DNA from: an uncultured Desulfobacter sp.
GTDB taxonomy: Bacteria > Desulfobacterota > Desulfobacteria > Desulfobacterales > Desulfobacteraceae
NCBI GenBank assembly: GCA_963665095.1
Contig: OY762069.1
Span: 5,696,001-5,760,000, forward strand
DNA length: 64,000 bases
Direction of reading: 5' to 3'
Within the stretch, counting starts at the first letter, position 1; every line of letters starts with the position of its first letter. Below, in pieces: positions 40,029 through 50,114 of this stretch. The notes below the pieces were generated by a model. The model saw only the letters and a program-made list of their open reading frames with translations, was not told the origin of the DNA and searched no databases. Both the position numbers and the translations under genes were made by a program.

Positions 40029-40497
40029 ATCCGCCTGCCTGGAATATGGAGTCCCTGCCTGATTGTTTCCGACGGCGGATTCCGGTTAGGCTGTTTCAGG
40101 TGTTGGGCCCTTGCCCGAAGCTGTCGATTTTACCTGTTGGAGGGTCGCTGCAGTGGAGAACCATCTGCATCAAATGTGGCACCGGTTATCTGCCAGGTCT
40201 CTATCAAATATAGAGGCCCCTGATTCCCGGTATCAGTTCAGGATCTGGAAATTTGTCCGGGAGGTGGGTCAGGGCCGTATGCTGGATCAGCGTGACCCTA
40301 AGAAAAATACAGTGGACCTTAGTATGAGTTCGGGAGCAGCCTTAACTGAGAACAGGGGGAAGGCCTTATTTACCGCAATATAAGGTCAGCAGTAACATAA
40401 TCTGGCCCTAACAGAATATTGGGTTTTCTTTAGTTCCGGCCGGCAACGTGCAGGCCGGTAATAACCATGTACAGCGCCGGAAATTTGGCCGCTGTCA
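40029..40497 (+). ncRNA. Candidate long structured leader / ncRNA upstream of pduA
   Basis: About nine hairpins in a stretch with no convincing ORF; no known riboswitch consensus recognised. Confidence 0.4.
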
Positions 40498-40517
40498 CTA
40501 ACAAAGGAGTATTGAAA

Positions 40518-40820
40518 ATGGTTGGAAAAGAAGCATTGGGTATGGTTGAGACCAAAGGTCTCGTAGCCAATATTGAGGCGGCCGATGCCATGGTTAAAGC
40601 AGCCAACGTGACTCTGGTTGGTTATGAAAAGATCGGCTCCGGTCTGGTCACCACCATGGTTCGCGGTGACGTGGGCGCTGTGAAAGCTGCCACTGATGCC
40701 GGTGCTGCTGCAGCTGCCAAAGTTGGAGAGGTGATCTCTGTTCATGTCATTCCCAGACCCCATACGGAAGTGGAAGCCATCCTGCCCAAGGGCATTGGTG
40801 AAACCGCTACTCTGGATTAA
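40518..40820 (+). CDS. pduA: BMC hexamer shell protein
   Basis: [48 protein letters not shown]. Confidence 0.93.
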   Translation: MVGKEALGMVETKGLVANIEAADAMVKAANVTLVGYEKIGSGLVTTMVRGDVGAVKAATDAGAAAAAKVGEVISVHVIPRPHTEVEAILPKGIGETATLD

Positions 40821-40852
40821 CCTGTAAGGATTAGGAAATAAAGGAGATTACC

Positions 40853-41659
40853 ATGCAGGAAGATATTATCAATGCAGTAATGCAGGAAGTTATGAAACGG
40901 GTTGACACCTCAAAGGAAGCCCCGGCAACTGCCACCGCCAATTGCGATGCCCCTTCTGTAGGCGCTGCAGCCGGCCTGACAGAATTTGTCGGTGTGTCTG
41001 AATTCGGTGAAACCCAGGGTATTGTTATTGCCAACCTGGACCAGGCCATTCATCAGATTATGGGCTTTGACAAAAAATACCGTTCCATCGGTGTTATCGG
41101 TGCCAGAACCGGTGCCGGTCCCCAGTTGATGGCAGCGGATGAAGCCATTAAAGCCACCAACACTGAAATCCTTAAAGTGGAACTGCCCCGTGATACCAAG
41201 GGCGGCGCAGGTCACGGCTGTTTGATTGTGTTTGGTGCGGAAGATGTATCCGATGCCAGGCGTGCAGTGGAGGTCACTCTGGATAACGTGCCCAAGTTCT
41301 TCGGTGATGTCCATGCCAATGACACAGGCTATCTTGAGCTGCAGTACACGGCCCGTGCCTCCAAGTGTCTGTCCACTGTTTTCGGCGCTCCCGAAGGAAA
41401 GGCCTTTGGTCTGATCCTTGGTGCTCCTGCAGTTATCGGTATGCTCATGATTGATGCGGCTGTTAAATCTGCTGATGTGGATGTCCTGGACTATGGATCA
41501 CCTGCCCACGGCACCTCCATGACCAACGAAGTTTTCATCACCATTTCCGGTGATTCAGGTGCTGTCCGCCAGGCCGTCATTGCCGGACGTGAAGTAGGTA
41601 AACCCCTGCTTGCCGCTTGGGGTCAGCCCAGTGCGTCCGCCTATGTTCCCTACATTTAG
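40853..41659 (+). CDS. pduB: BMC trimer shell protein
   Basis: LTEFVG, GARTGAGPQ, PRDTKGGAGHG, QYTARAS; N-terminal helix. Confidence 0.93.
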   Translation: MQEDIINAVMQEVMKRVDTSKEAPATATANCDAPSVGAAAGLTEFVGVSEFGETQGIVIANLDQAIHQIMGFDKKYRSIGVIGARTGAGPQLMAADEAIKATNTEILKVELPRDTKGGAGHGCLIVFGAEDVSDARRAVEVTLDNVPKFFGDVHANDTGYLELQYTARASKCLSTVFGAPEGKAFGLILGAPAVIGMLMIDAAVKSADVDVLDYGSPAHGTSMTNEVFITISGDSGAVRQAVIAGREVGKPLLAAWGQPSASAYVPYI

Positions 41660-41677
41660 AAAAAGGAGTGTGCCAAA

Positions 41678-43345
41678 GTGCAGAAACGTCAAAAGCGATT
41701 CCAGGTACTGGAAGAACGCGCCGTCAATAAAGACGGTTTCATAAAAGAGTGGGAAGAGGTCGGGCTGGTCGCAATGGACAGCAAGAATGACCCGGCTCCC
41801 AGTATTAAAATTGAAAACGGTATGATTGTGGAGATGGACGGTGTTCCCTGTGCTGATTTCTGCATGATCGATACCTTTATCGCCAACCACTGCATTGACG
41901 TGGAAGTGGCACCCAAAGCCATGGCCATTGATTCTCTTGAATATGCCAGAATGCTGGTGGATATCAATGTGCCGGGGGATGAAATAAAGAAACTGGTGCC
42001 GGGTCTTACCCCGGCCAAGATTCTGGATATTCTTAAAAAGATGAACGTGGTTGAGCTGATGATGGCCATGCAGAAACTGCGCTGCCGCAGAACCCCTGCC
42101 AACCAGGCTCATATCACCAATGTCAAGGACTCTCCTGCACTGCTGGCAGCGGATGCGGCCGAAGGCTCCTTCCGTGGTTTCCAGGAACTTGAAACCACCG
42201 TTGGTGTGGCCCGTTACGCCCCCATGAACGCCATTGCCCTTCTTATCGGCGGCCAGGTGGGCTGCAAAGGCACTCTGACCCAGTGCGCCGTTGAGGAGGC
42301 CATGGAGCTTCAGATGGGTATGAAAGGCCTGACAGCCTACGCTGAAACCGTATCTGTTTACGGTACGGATCAGGTGTTTGTTGACGGCGACGATACCCCC
42401 TGGTCCAAGTCTTTCCTGGCATCTGCCTATGCATCCCGCGGTATTAAGATGCGGTTTACCTCAGGCACCGGTTCAGAGGTTCAGATGGGTTTTGCCGAGA
42501 AAAAATCCATGCTCTACCTTGAGATCAAGTGCGTGATGATCACCAAGGGTGCCGGTGTTCAGGGCCTGCAGAACGGCTCCATCTCCTGCGTAGGTGTTCC
42601 CGGTGCGGTTCCCGGCGGCGTTCGTGCCATTCTGGCTGAAAACGTGGCCTCTGTACTGCTGGACCTTGAGGTGGCTTCCGGTAACGACCAGACCTTTACC
42701 CACTCTCCCATCCGTAACACCGCCAGAATGCTCATGCAGTTCCTGCCCGGTACGGACTATATCTTCTCCGGATACTCCGGGGTTCCCAACTATGACAACA
42801 TGTTTGCCGGCTCCACCCATGATTCCGACGATTTTGACGACATGCTCGTACTCCAGCGCGACCTGCAGTGTGACATGGCACTTCGTCCGGTAACCGAAGA
42901 AGAGGTTATTGCCGTCAGAAACAAGGCTGCAAGGGCCATGCAGGCAGTTTTCCAGGAAGTTGGTTTCCCTGCCATCACGGATGATGAGGTAGAACGGGCA
43001 ACATACGCTCACGGTTCCAAAGATATGCTTGACCGTAACCAGCCTGAGGATCTGCGGGCCATCGGAGAGTTCCTCAAATCCGGAAAAACCGGTCTGGATA
43101 TTGTCCGTGCGCTGTACAAACACGGATTTACAGACATTGCAGAAGCGGTTCTTAACATGCTCAAACAAAAGGTTTCCGGTGACTACCTGCATACCTCTGC
43201 TGTTGTTCTGGAAGACTTTAACGTGAAAAGTGCCGTGAACGACCGCAATGATTACCAGGGTCCGGGTACCGGCTATCGTCTTGAAGGCGAACGCTGGGAA
43301 CTGCTGAAAAATATTCCCCAGGCCATCAGCCCGGAAGATTTATAG
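41678..43345 (+). CDS. pduC: B12-dependent diol/glycerol dehydratase large subunit
   Basis: RAVNKDGF, RTPANQAH, ETT..VARYAP, DGDDTPWSK, SGNDQ, DNMFAGS. Confidence 0.96.
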   Translation: MQKRQKRFQVLEERAVNKDGFIKEWEEVGLVAMDSKNDPAPSIKIENGMIVEMDGVPCADFCMIDTFIANHCIDVEVAPKAMAIDSLEYARMLVDINVPGDEIKKLVPGLTPAKILDILKKMNVVELMMAMQKLRCRRTPANQAHITNVKDSPALLAADAAEGSFRGFQELETTVGVARYAPMNAIALLIGGQVGCKGTLTQCAVEEAMELQMGMKGLTAYAETVSVYGTDQVFVDGDDTPWSKSFLASAYASRGIKMRFTSGTGSEVQMGFAEKKSMLYLEIKCVMITKGAGVQGLQNGSISCVGVPGAVPGGVRAILAENVASVLLDLEVASGNDQTFTHSPIRNTARMLMQFLPGTDYIFSGYSGVPNYDNMFAGSTHDSDDFDDMLVLQRDLQCDMALRPVTEEEVIAVRNKAARAMQAVFQEVGFPAITDDEVERATYAHGSKDMLDRNQPEDLRAIGEFLKSGKTGLDIVRALYKHGFTDIAEAVLNMLKQKVSGDYLHTSAVVLEDFNVKSAVNDRNDYQGPGTGYRLEGERWELLKNIPQAISPEDL

Positions 43346-43357
43346 GGAGAGACAAAT

Positions 43358-44017
43358 ATGAAACTCACAGAAGATATGCTAAGGCAGATCATTACGGAAG
43401 TTATGGGGCAGATGCAGACTGGCAGTGCATCCGCACAGGCTTCTGCACCGGTTGCCGGCAGTATTGATGCTGACAGCCCTCTGAATTTTATTGAAAAGGG
43501 GTCTGCCGCAGTTGGAACCAATCCTAAAGAGGTCGTTGTCGGACTTCCTCCGGGGTTCGGTATTACACCCACCAAAACCATCATTAATGTCCCCCACGCC
43601 AAGGTACTTGCAGAAGTTGCCGCAGGTATTGAAGAAGAGGGACTGATCCCGCGGTTTGTTAAAAACTACCAGACAGCTGATGTTGGCTTCCTGGCCCATT
43701 CCGCAGCCCAGTACAGCGGGTCAGGTATTGGCATTGGTATTCTGTCCAGGGGTACGACAGTTATTCATCAGAAAGATCTGCCCCCGCTGCAGAATCTTGA
43801 GCTGTTCCCCCAGGCCCCCCTTGTTGAGGCAGAGACCTTCAGGGCCATCGGCAAGAATGCCGCCAAGTATGCCAAGGGTGAGAACCCCTCTCCGGTGCCG
43901 GTAAAGAACGATCCCATGGCCCGCCCCCGGTATCAGGGTCTTGCCGCCCTCATGCACAACAAAGAGGTGCAATTCTTAAACCCTGCTAAAAAGGTGGTCG
44001 AGGTAGCTCTGGGTTAA
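43358..44017 (+). CDS. pduD: Diol dehydratase medium subunit with N-terminal encapsulation peptide
   Basis: AGIEEEG, SGSGIGIG, HQKDL.PL.NLELFPQAP, IGKNAAKYAKG. Confidence 0.95.
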   Translation: MKLTEDMLRQIITEVMGQMQTGSASAQASAPVAGSIDADSPLNFIEKGSAAVGTNPKEVVVGLPPGFGITPTKTIINVPHAKVLAEVAAGIEEEGLIPRFVKNYQTADVGFLAHSAAQYSGSGIGIGILSRGTTVIHQKDLPPLQNLELFPQAPLVEAETFRAIGKNAAKYAKGENPSPVPVKNDPMARPRYQGLAALMHNKEVQFLNPAKKVVEVALG

Positions 44018-44052
44018 TCCCTGACGCTGCGCGCATACCAAGGAGACAAATA

Positions 44053-44616
44053 ATGGCAAGTTTTACGAAAGATGAAATAGCAGACATCATAAAGACGGTC
44101 GGAAACGGCAGTTCCGCAGATTCACTGGAAAATGCCGTTAGAAACGTTCTGGCACGGCTTCAGGCTGAAGGGCTGACCGCTGCAGCACCAGCAGCAGGGG
44201 CAACGCTTACCGCAGATGACTACCCCTTAGGTGTTAAACGCCGGGACCTGGTGAAGTCCGCCACGGGTAAAACCCTGGATGAAATCACCCTGGACAAGGT
44301 CGTTTCCGGTGAGATTCAGTTTAACGACATCAAAACCCGTCCGGAAACGCTTGATCTGCAGAACCAGATTGCTAAAAGCGTAAACCGCCCCAACCTGGCA
44401 GCCAACCTGAGACGGGCTGGCGAAATGACTCAGATTCCTGATGAGCGGCTTCTGGAAATGTATAATTTCCTGAGGCCCTACCGTGCGACCAAACAGGAAC
44501 TGATTGCCATGGCTGATGAGCTTGAGACCAAGTACAACGCAATTGACTGCGGCAAGCTCGTACGTGAGGCAGCAGATGTTTACGAGAGAAATCATCGGTT
44601 GAAGGGTGACCGGTAA
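44053..44616 (+). CDS. pduE: Diol dehydratase small subunit
   Basis: DYPLG, TGK.LDEIT, N.RRA.E...PD...L..YN.LRPYR, REAA.VY. Confidence 0.95.
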   Translation: MASFTKDEIADIIKTVGNGSSADSLENAVRNVLARLQAEGLTAAAPAAGATLTADDYPLGVKRRDLVKSATGKTLDEITLDKVVSGEIQFNDIKTRPETLDLQNQIAKSVNRPNLAANLRRAGEMTQIPDERLLEMYNFLRPYRATKQELIAMADELETKYNAIDCGKLVREAADVYERNHRLKGDR

Positions 44617-44638
44617 TTAGACGCTTGAGGAGAGTTCG

Positions 44639-46450
44639 ATGCGAATCGCTGGTGTAGATATAGGAAACAACTCAACTGAAGTCGCCGTGGCAGAGATTGA
44701 ACCCGGAAGCATCCGGTTTCTCTCCAGCTCCCTGGTAAGGACCATCGGTCTTAAGGGAACCTTGAGAAATGCCATGTGTGTCATTGACGCTGTTGACCGG
44801 GCCATGGCCGCTGTTTCCATGACAAGAAAGGATCTTGATCTGATCTTGTTAAATAAGGCGACCCCGGTAATTGGCGATGTGGCCATGGAGACCATTACGG
44901 AAACCGTGATCACCGAGTCGGCCATGATCGGCCATAATCCGTCTACACCAGGGGGCTTAGGTTTGGGACAGGGAATCACCGTTGCTTTAGGTGACCTGGA
45001 CAGTTTCTCCGCCCAGGAGCCCTGTATTGTCGTAGTTGACGAAACCTTTGAGTTTGTCGATGTTGCCAGACTCATCAACGCGGCCCAGGCCCGAGGTGTC
45101 AAGATCACAGGCGCGGTTGTGAAGAAGGACGATGGTGTCCTGATTCACAACCGCCTGAATTCTCCCATCCCCATTGTCGATGAAGTTCATTACATAGACA
45201 AGGTGCCCCTGGGCATGCCTGCGGCACTGGAAGTTGCCCGGGTGGGCCGGGCCATTGAAAAGCTGTCCAACCCTTATGATATTGCCACCTTGTTTGATCT
45301 GAGCCCCGAGGATACCCGGCAGATTACACCCATTGCCAGGGCGTTAACCGGAAACCGGTCCGGGGTGGTGATAAAAACGCCGAAAGGGGATATTCAGGAG
45401 CGCAGGATTCCTGCCGGTTCCATCACCCTGATCGGAGAGAAAAATAAAGAAAAAGTCAGTATCGAAGACGGTGCTGACGCCATCATGGAAAAACTTGCCA
45501 GGGTGGCGCCATTGCAGGAAATTCAGTCCGAGGCAGGCACCAACGCGGGCGGCATGTTTGAGCGGGTCAGAACGGTTATGGCTGATCTTACTGACCAGCC
45601 GGTGAGCGAGATCCGTATTCAGGATGTCCTGGCGGTGGATACCCTCCAGCCCCAGAAGGTGCTCGGGGGACTGGCCGGTGAGTTTACGCGCGGCACGGCC
45701 GTGGGCCTGGCCGCCATGGTAATGACCCAGAACATTCCCATGCAGCGCCTGGCTGCCAAGCTTAAAGAGGAGACAGGGGTTCAGGTGGAGATCGGCGGCG
45801 TGGAGGCGGAAATGGCCATCCAGGGCGCTTTGACTACCCCCGGAACCGAGCCGCCCCTGGCCATACTTGACCTTGGGGGTGGTTCCACGGATGCCTCCAT
45901 TATCCACAAGGACGGCACAGTAAAGTCCATTCACATGGCCGGTGCCGGAGACATGGTGACCATGCTCATCAATACGGAGCTTGGCATCAACGATCTTGAC
46001 CTTGCCGAGGATATAAAATGCAACTCCCTGGCCAAAGTGGAGACTCTGTTTCACATGCGCCATGAAAGCGGGTCCGTGGAATTTTTTGATTCCCATCTTG
46101 ACCCGGTTCTGTTTGGGCGTGTTGTTATTTTAAAAGATGACGGGCCTGTGCCCATTCTCCACGATGTGAACCTGAATCAGATTGTCAATATCCGGCGCGG
46201 TGCCAAGGAAAAGGTGTTTGTCAGAAATGCCCTGCGTGCCCTGGAGCAGGTGGCTCCGGGCGGCAATATCCGTCTGATCGGGTTTGTGGCGTTAGTGGGT
46301 GGATCTGCCCTGGACTTTGAGATCCCGGGAATGATTGGAGATGCGTTGGCCGAGTACGGTGTTGTTCTGGGTAAAGGTAATATCCGCGGCACTGAAGGTC
46401 CCAGGAATGCTGTTGCAACTGGTTTGTGTCTCTCCAGGAAGGAGGGATAA
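44639..46450 (+). CDS. pduG: Diol dehydratase reactivase alpha subunit
   Basis: GVDIGN..TE, ETVITES.MIGHNP.TPGG, DLGGGSTDA, GPRNAVATGL. Confidence 0.95.
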   Translation: MRIAGVDIGNNSTEVAVAEIEPGSIRFLSSSLVRTIGLKGTLRNAMCVIDAVDRAMAAVSMTRKDLDLILLNKATPVIGDVAMETITETVITESAMIGHNPSTPGGLGLGQGITVALGDLDSFSAQEPCIVVVDETFEFVDVARLINAAQARGVKITGAVVKKDDGVLIHNRLNSPIPIVDEVHYIDKVPLGMPAALEVARVGRAIEKLSNPYDIATLFDLSPEDTRQITPIARALTGNRSGVVIKTPKGDIQERRIPAGSITLIGEKNKEKVSIEDGADAIMEKLARVAPLQEIQSEAGTNAGGMFERVRTVMADLTDQPVSEIRIQDVLAVDTLQPQKVLGGLAGEFTRGTAVGLAAMVMTQNIPMQRLAAKLKEETGVQVEIGGVEAEMAIQGALTTPGTEPPLAILDLGGGSTDASIIHKDGTVKSIHMAGAGDMVTMLINTELGINDLDLAEDIKCNSLAKVETLFHMRHESGSVEFFDSHLDPVLFGRVVILKDDGPVPILHDVNLNQIVNIRRGAKEKVFVRNALRALEQVAPGGNIRLIGFVALVGGSALDFEIPGMIGDALAEYGVVLGKGNIRGTEGPRNAVATGLCLSRKEG

Positions 46451-46453
46451 GCC

Positions 46454-46840
46454 ATGCCTTCCCCGTTAACGGAAGTGGCCCAGAAGCCTGCTGTCAATAT
46501 TATTATAGCAGGCCCGGTGGATGAAACCATGGTCCAGGCAGTGGAATATGGCCTGGAAGAAGAGGGTATTCCATATGAACGCCGGGCACCTTCCAACCCG
46601 GATAATGCCATGGCATCCGCCAGTCAGGGGGCCAAAGCCTCCCGGATCAATGTCGGCGTCTGTATCCAGTCAAAAAACGGTACGCTGACCGCAGTTTTGC
46701 ATCACAGGGATCTGGCGGAACAGAAGCCGTTGTTCATGCTTGAGCACAGCCAGATATCCATGGATGCACTGGACCGGATCGGCAGAAACGCAGCCAGGCT
46801 TGTGAAAGGCGATCCCTTTCTCATGGCGGATGCGCAATAG
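46454..46840 (+). CDS. pduH: Diol dehydratase reactivase beta subunit
   Basis: GLEEEGIP, S...VG, G.NAARLVKG.PF. Confidence 0.92.
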   Translation: MPSPLTEVAQKPAVNIIIAGPVDETMVQAVEYGLEEEGIPYERRAPSNPDNAMASASQGAKASRINVGVCIQSKNGTLTAVLHHRDLAEQKPLFMLEHSQISMDALDRIGRNAARLVKGDPFLMADAQ

Positions 46841-46904
46841 AACCGCAATAAATAAAAACGACCTGGAAGGAAAAGGGCTTTAGGCCTTTTAGGAAAGGTA
46901 AACA

Positions 46905-47723
46905 ATGACGCAGATAAAAAGTATAGGCCTGATTGAAACCCTGGGAATGGTAGGGGCTGTGGAAGCGGCGGATGCAGCTGTCAAAGCGGCCAATGTCACG
47001 CTTCTCGGGTATGAGCTCAACGGAGGCGGATACGTAGTGATCAAGCTGACCGGTGACGTGGCAGCTGTCCGGGCCGGTGTCAGTGCGGCTGTTACCACTG
47101 CCGGCAGACTGGGCAATCTTGTCTCCTCCCATGTGATCCCCCGGCCAACCGATCAGATAAATAATACCATTATTAAGAGTGGGGATAATGTGCCGCCCTT
47201 TGATGATCCAAAGGGTACACCACCGTCTAAAGGCAAAAAGCCGTCGCCCAAACCCAAACCATCGGCTCCTGCCAAGTCAGATGCGAAACCTGCGCCTAAA
47301 TCGGAGACGCCAGGTGCGGCAGCCAAGAAATCTGCTGACCAGGCCAAGACCCCTGCCAAACCACCGGAAAAGCAGGCCGAAACAAAGCCGGAACCGGCCA
47401 AGGCCCCTGAAAAATCCGCGCCTGAAAAATCCATCGAGGCAAAACCCATTGAGGAAAAACCGGCGCAGACCAAGGCGGAGACAGCCAAGCCGGCAGCAAA
47501 AAAGCCCGCCCCGGAAAAGAGTGAACCGGCTAAACCGGCTTCCACTAAAACTGAGCCGGCAAAGAAAGAGGCGGATAAACCTGCAGCGCCGGCTAAAACC
47601 GCTGAAACAAAACCGGCGGCAGAAATCAAACCTGCTGCTGCAGAAAAGGCCGATGATAAGAAAACGGCATCAGCGGATTCAAAACCTAAAACCAGTGGCA
47701 GCAGTTCAACCACCAAGAAATAG
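46905..47723 (+). CDS. BMC hexamer protein with ~170-aa Pro/Lys/Ala-rich disordered tail (PduK-like)
   Basis: SIGLIET.G..EAADAAVKAANV..GDVAAV..HVIPRP followed by K-P-A-E repeats. Confidence 0.88.
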   Translation: MTQIKSIGLIETLGMVGAVEAADAAVKAANVTLLGYELNGGGYVVIKLTGDVAAVRAGVSAAVTTAGRLGNLVSSHVIPRPTDQINNTIIKSGDNVPPFDDPKGTPPSKGKKPSPKPKPSAPAKSDAKPAPKSETPGAAAKKSADQAKTPAKPPEKQAETKPEPAKAPEKSAPEKSIEAKPIEEKPAQTKAETAKPAAKKPAPEKSEPAKPASTKTEPAKKEADKPAAPAKTAETKPAAEIKPAAAEKADDKKTASADSKPKTSGSSSTTKK

Positions 47724-47734
47724 GAGCTGATACC

Positions 47735-48340
47735 TTGGATACCCTTCGGGCATATGCGATTGTTGACCGGCTTCAGCCCCAGCTTGCAGGTATTGTGGCA
47801 GCTTCTTCAGCAGGTTTTCTACCCATAAGCGGTGAATCGGCACTGCTTGTTGAGGTGGCCCCGGGCGTCCTTATCAACCGGGCCATTGACCTGGCATTGA
47901 AGGCAAGCCCTGTGCGGATTGGAAAATCCTTTGTTGAACGTCATTTCGGGTATATGGAAGTCCATGCCGGCAGCCAGCAGGATGTACGTTTTGCCGGGGA
48001 GGCCGTTCTTAAAGGCCTGGGATTTTCACTATCGGACAGAACCCGGCCAACGGTACTGACTGCCGAGATTATCCAGAAAGTCAGCCCCTATCACGCCCAG
48101 ATGATGAATATTTTCAGGAACGGCTCTCTGCTGCTGCCAGGAAAGGATTTTTTCACCATGGAGTGTGAACCGGCAGCCTATGTTTTTTATGCGGCCAACG
48201 AGGTGGAAAAGCGGGTGGATATCACCATGGTGGACTGCAACGAGATCGGTGCGGCCGGGCGACTGACAGTCTCCGGGACACCGTCGGAAGTGCTGCAGGC
48301 AAAACGGGTGGCTGTTGAAGCCCTGGAAAACATGAAATAG
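47735..48340 (+). CDS. Permuted double-stacking BMC trimer (CcmP/CsoS1D-type)
   Basis: LR.Y..D.LQPQ.A, EVAPG, VER.FG..E.H, E.EPA.Y...AANE.EK, GA.GRL. Confidence 0.82.
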   Translation: MDTLRAYAIVDRLQPQLAGIVAASSAGFLPISGESALLVEVAPGVLINRAIDLALKASPVRIGKSFVERHFGYMEVHAGSQQDVRFAGEAVLKGLGFSLSDRTRPTVLTAEIIQKVSPYHAQMMNIFRNGSLLLPGKDFFTMECEPAAYVFYAANEVEKRVDITMVDCNEIGAAGRLTVSGTPSEVLQAKRVAVEALENMK

Positions 48341-48349
48341 GTGGCTGCC

Positions 48350-49210
48350 ATGTGTATGTCTGAAATAAATGAACTCATTGGTCAGTTCCGGAAAAGCCTT
48401 TCCCTGGACACGCCGGCAGATCCCCGCGTCTCTTTGTGGGCTGGTGTGGATCTTGGCACCGCCAATATTGTCACGGCCGTGGTGGACGAAAACGGGACAC
48501 CTGTGGCAGGGGTGACCACCCGGTCCGAATCCACGGTAAGGGACGGGCTGGTGTTCGACTACATGGGCACCATGAACATCTTAAAAAAACAGATTCAGAC
48601 CATACGCTCCCACGGATTCGAGATCATGGATGCGGCGGCTGCCTTTCCTCCGGGCACCATGGGCCGCAACCGCCAGGCATTCGGCCATATCCTCAACGGG
48701 GCCGGACTTGAGGCCACAGGGCTGGTGGATGAGCCCAGTGCGGCAGCCCTGGCCCTGGGCATTGATTCCGGGTGTGTGGTGGATATTGGCGGCGGTACCA
48801 CGGGCATCTCCATTCTTGAGGATGGAGAGGTAATCTACTCCGGAGACGAGCCCACCGGCGGTCATCACATTGACCTGGTTATTGCCGGATCCATGGGGAT
48901 ATCCATTGAAGAGGCGGAGTCCATGAAAAATAATCCGGCCCATCAGCCCATGCTTCAGTCCATTGTGATGCCGGTGTTTGAAAAGATGGGCACCATCGTC
49001 AGGAACCATATAAAAGGTTACACGCCTGGAACTATCTATCTTGTGGGCGGCACCTCAGGCTTTCCCGGAGCAGACCAGATTATTGCCAAAGAGACCGGGC
49101 TTCCTGTTTTTATGCCTGATGATCCCCTGCTTGTCACCCCCCTGGGCACGGCATTATACGCGGCCCGGCTGGCAGCGGCAGAAAAAGGGAAAAAGGAGAA
49201 GAAAAGATGA
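48350..49210 (+). CDS. eutJ: EutJ-like Hsp70/actin-fold chaperone
   Basis: GVDLGTA, VRDG...DY, PPGT, DEP.AA, DIGGGTTG, DEPTGG, VTPLG; start uncertain (48341-48356). Confidence 0.88.
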   Translation: MCMSEINELIGQFRKSLSLDTPADPRVSLWAGVDLGTANIVTAVVDENGTPVAGVTTRSESTVRDGLVFDYMGTMNILKKQIQTIRSHGFEIMDAAAAFPPGTMGRNRQAFGHILNGAGLEATGLVDEPSAAALALGIDSGCVVDIGGGTTGISILEDGEVIYSGDEPTGGHHIDLVIAGSMGISIEEAESMKNNPAHQPMLQSIVMPVFEKMGTIVRNHIKGYTPGTIYLVGGTSGFPGADQIIAKETGLPVFMPDDPLLVTPLGTALYAARLAAAEKGKKEKKR

Positions 49211-50055
49211 GTGATGTGACAACGACGCCTCCGGGCCTTGATAAGGCAGCATTTGAAGCCCTGGTGAAAAAGGTGCTTCACGCGGTGGGCGCTGCCATGT
49301 CCGCCCGAACCCCTGATCAGTACCTGCTCACAGTTTTTACCGGCGGTACCGCCGGGTTTAAACAGGCCCTGGCCGGCCTTGAATACCTGATGCTCAACGG
49401 CAGGCGCTTAAGGGTGCTTATGTCTGAAACCTCCGGCCAAATGTATGGAGATGTGGTTGAAAATAAAATTTTAAGCTGGCCCAATGCCTGTCCCATGAAA
49501 ACCGGCGACTGGTTTGCCCAGGTCCAGAAATGCACGGGCGTTGTAGTCCCCATGCTCTCTGTGGCGTCTTTGTCCCGGGTCTGCAGTCTGGCGCCGGATA
49601 CCCTGGCCACCAATATTATCCTCCAGGCACTTTTCATGGGTAAACCCGTGGTGACTGCCATTGATGGTGCTGCTCCGGGCGCTTCCGACCGGGCCGTTCT
49701 CGGGCTGGACAGGGGGACCCCGGCACTGAGTGCCGCCCTGGCCAAGCGTCTGGTTCAGTTATCCGATTTTGGCGCCCGGTTGGCCTGGAGCCATGATTTA
49801 GGGGTTGTCACCCTGGGCGCCCTGAACAAAGCAGACATGCCTGGTCCTGAAATAATTTCCCCACCCCAGCCTGTCGCAGATCCTGCAGCGGTTGCGCCAG
49901 TTTCAGGAGGTGCCATCCCGGTACAGCGGGTGGTGGATGCCAGCCATGTCAGAGTGGCAAAAAATACCGGAGGCGCGATTCACGCGGCCCCTGGTGCGAT
50001 TATTACCCCCCTTGCCTTTGAACTTGCAAAGGAATGGGGCATTGAGATCCGTTAA
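49207..50055 (+). CDS. BMC-associated flavoprotein-family protein with N-terminal encapsulation-like helix
   Basis: FEALVKKVLHAV, FTGG, ALFMGKPV, C-terminal IITPLA..LAKE.GI. Confidence 0.7.
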   Translation: MSDVTTTPPGLDKAAFEALVKKVLHAVGAAMSARTPDQYLLTVFTGGTAGFKQALAGLEYLMLNGRRLRVLMSETSGQMYGDVVENKILSWPNACPMKTGDWFAQVQKCTGVVVPMLSVASLSRVCSLAPDTLATNIILQALFMGKPVVTAIDGAAPGASDRAVLGLDRGTPALSAALAKRLVQLSDFGARLAWSHDLGVVTLGALNKADMPGPEIISPPQPVADPAAVAPVSGGAIPVQRVVDASHVRVAKNTGGAIHAAPGAIITPLAFELAKEWGIEIR

Positions 50056-50114
50056 GGCTTTTTTCATGGAGAGTTAAAACAACAACTCATCTGAGGACAG
50101 GGAAAGGATAGATC

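Noticed and set aside
40186..40365. Cobalamin riboswitch before pduA
   Set aside because: Fragments (ACTG..GGGAAGG on +; AGACCTG, GGGAATCAGG and TCCTGAACTG on -) are on mixed strands or in the wrong order; no complete B12 box
40002..40383. ORF-track ORFs in the pduA leader (73 aa, 90 aa) and the 40467 start for pduA
   Set aside because: No RBS or recognisable protein features; ATG 40518 has AAGGAG and matches the PduA N-terminus
47153..47730. Long antisense and alternate-frame ORFs over the low-complexity tail (and similar shadow ORFs window-wide)
   Set aside because: Expected by-products of biased, GC-rich coding sequence
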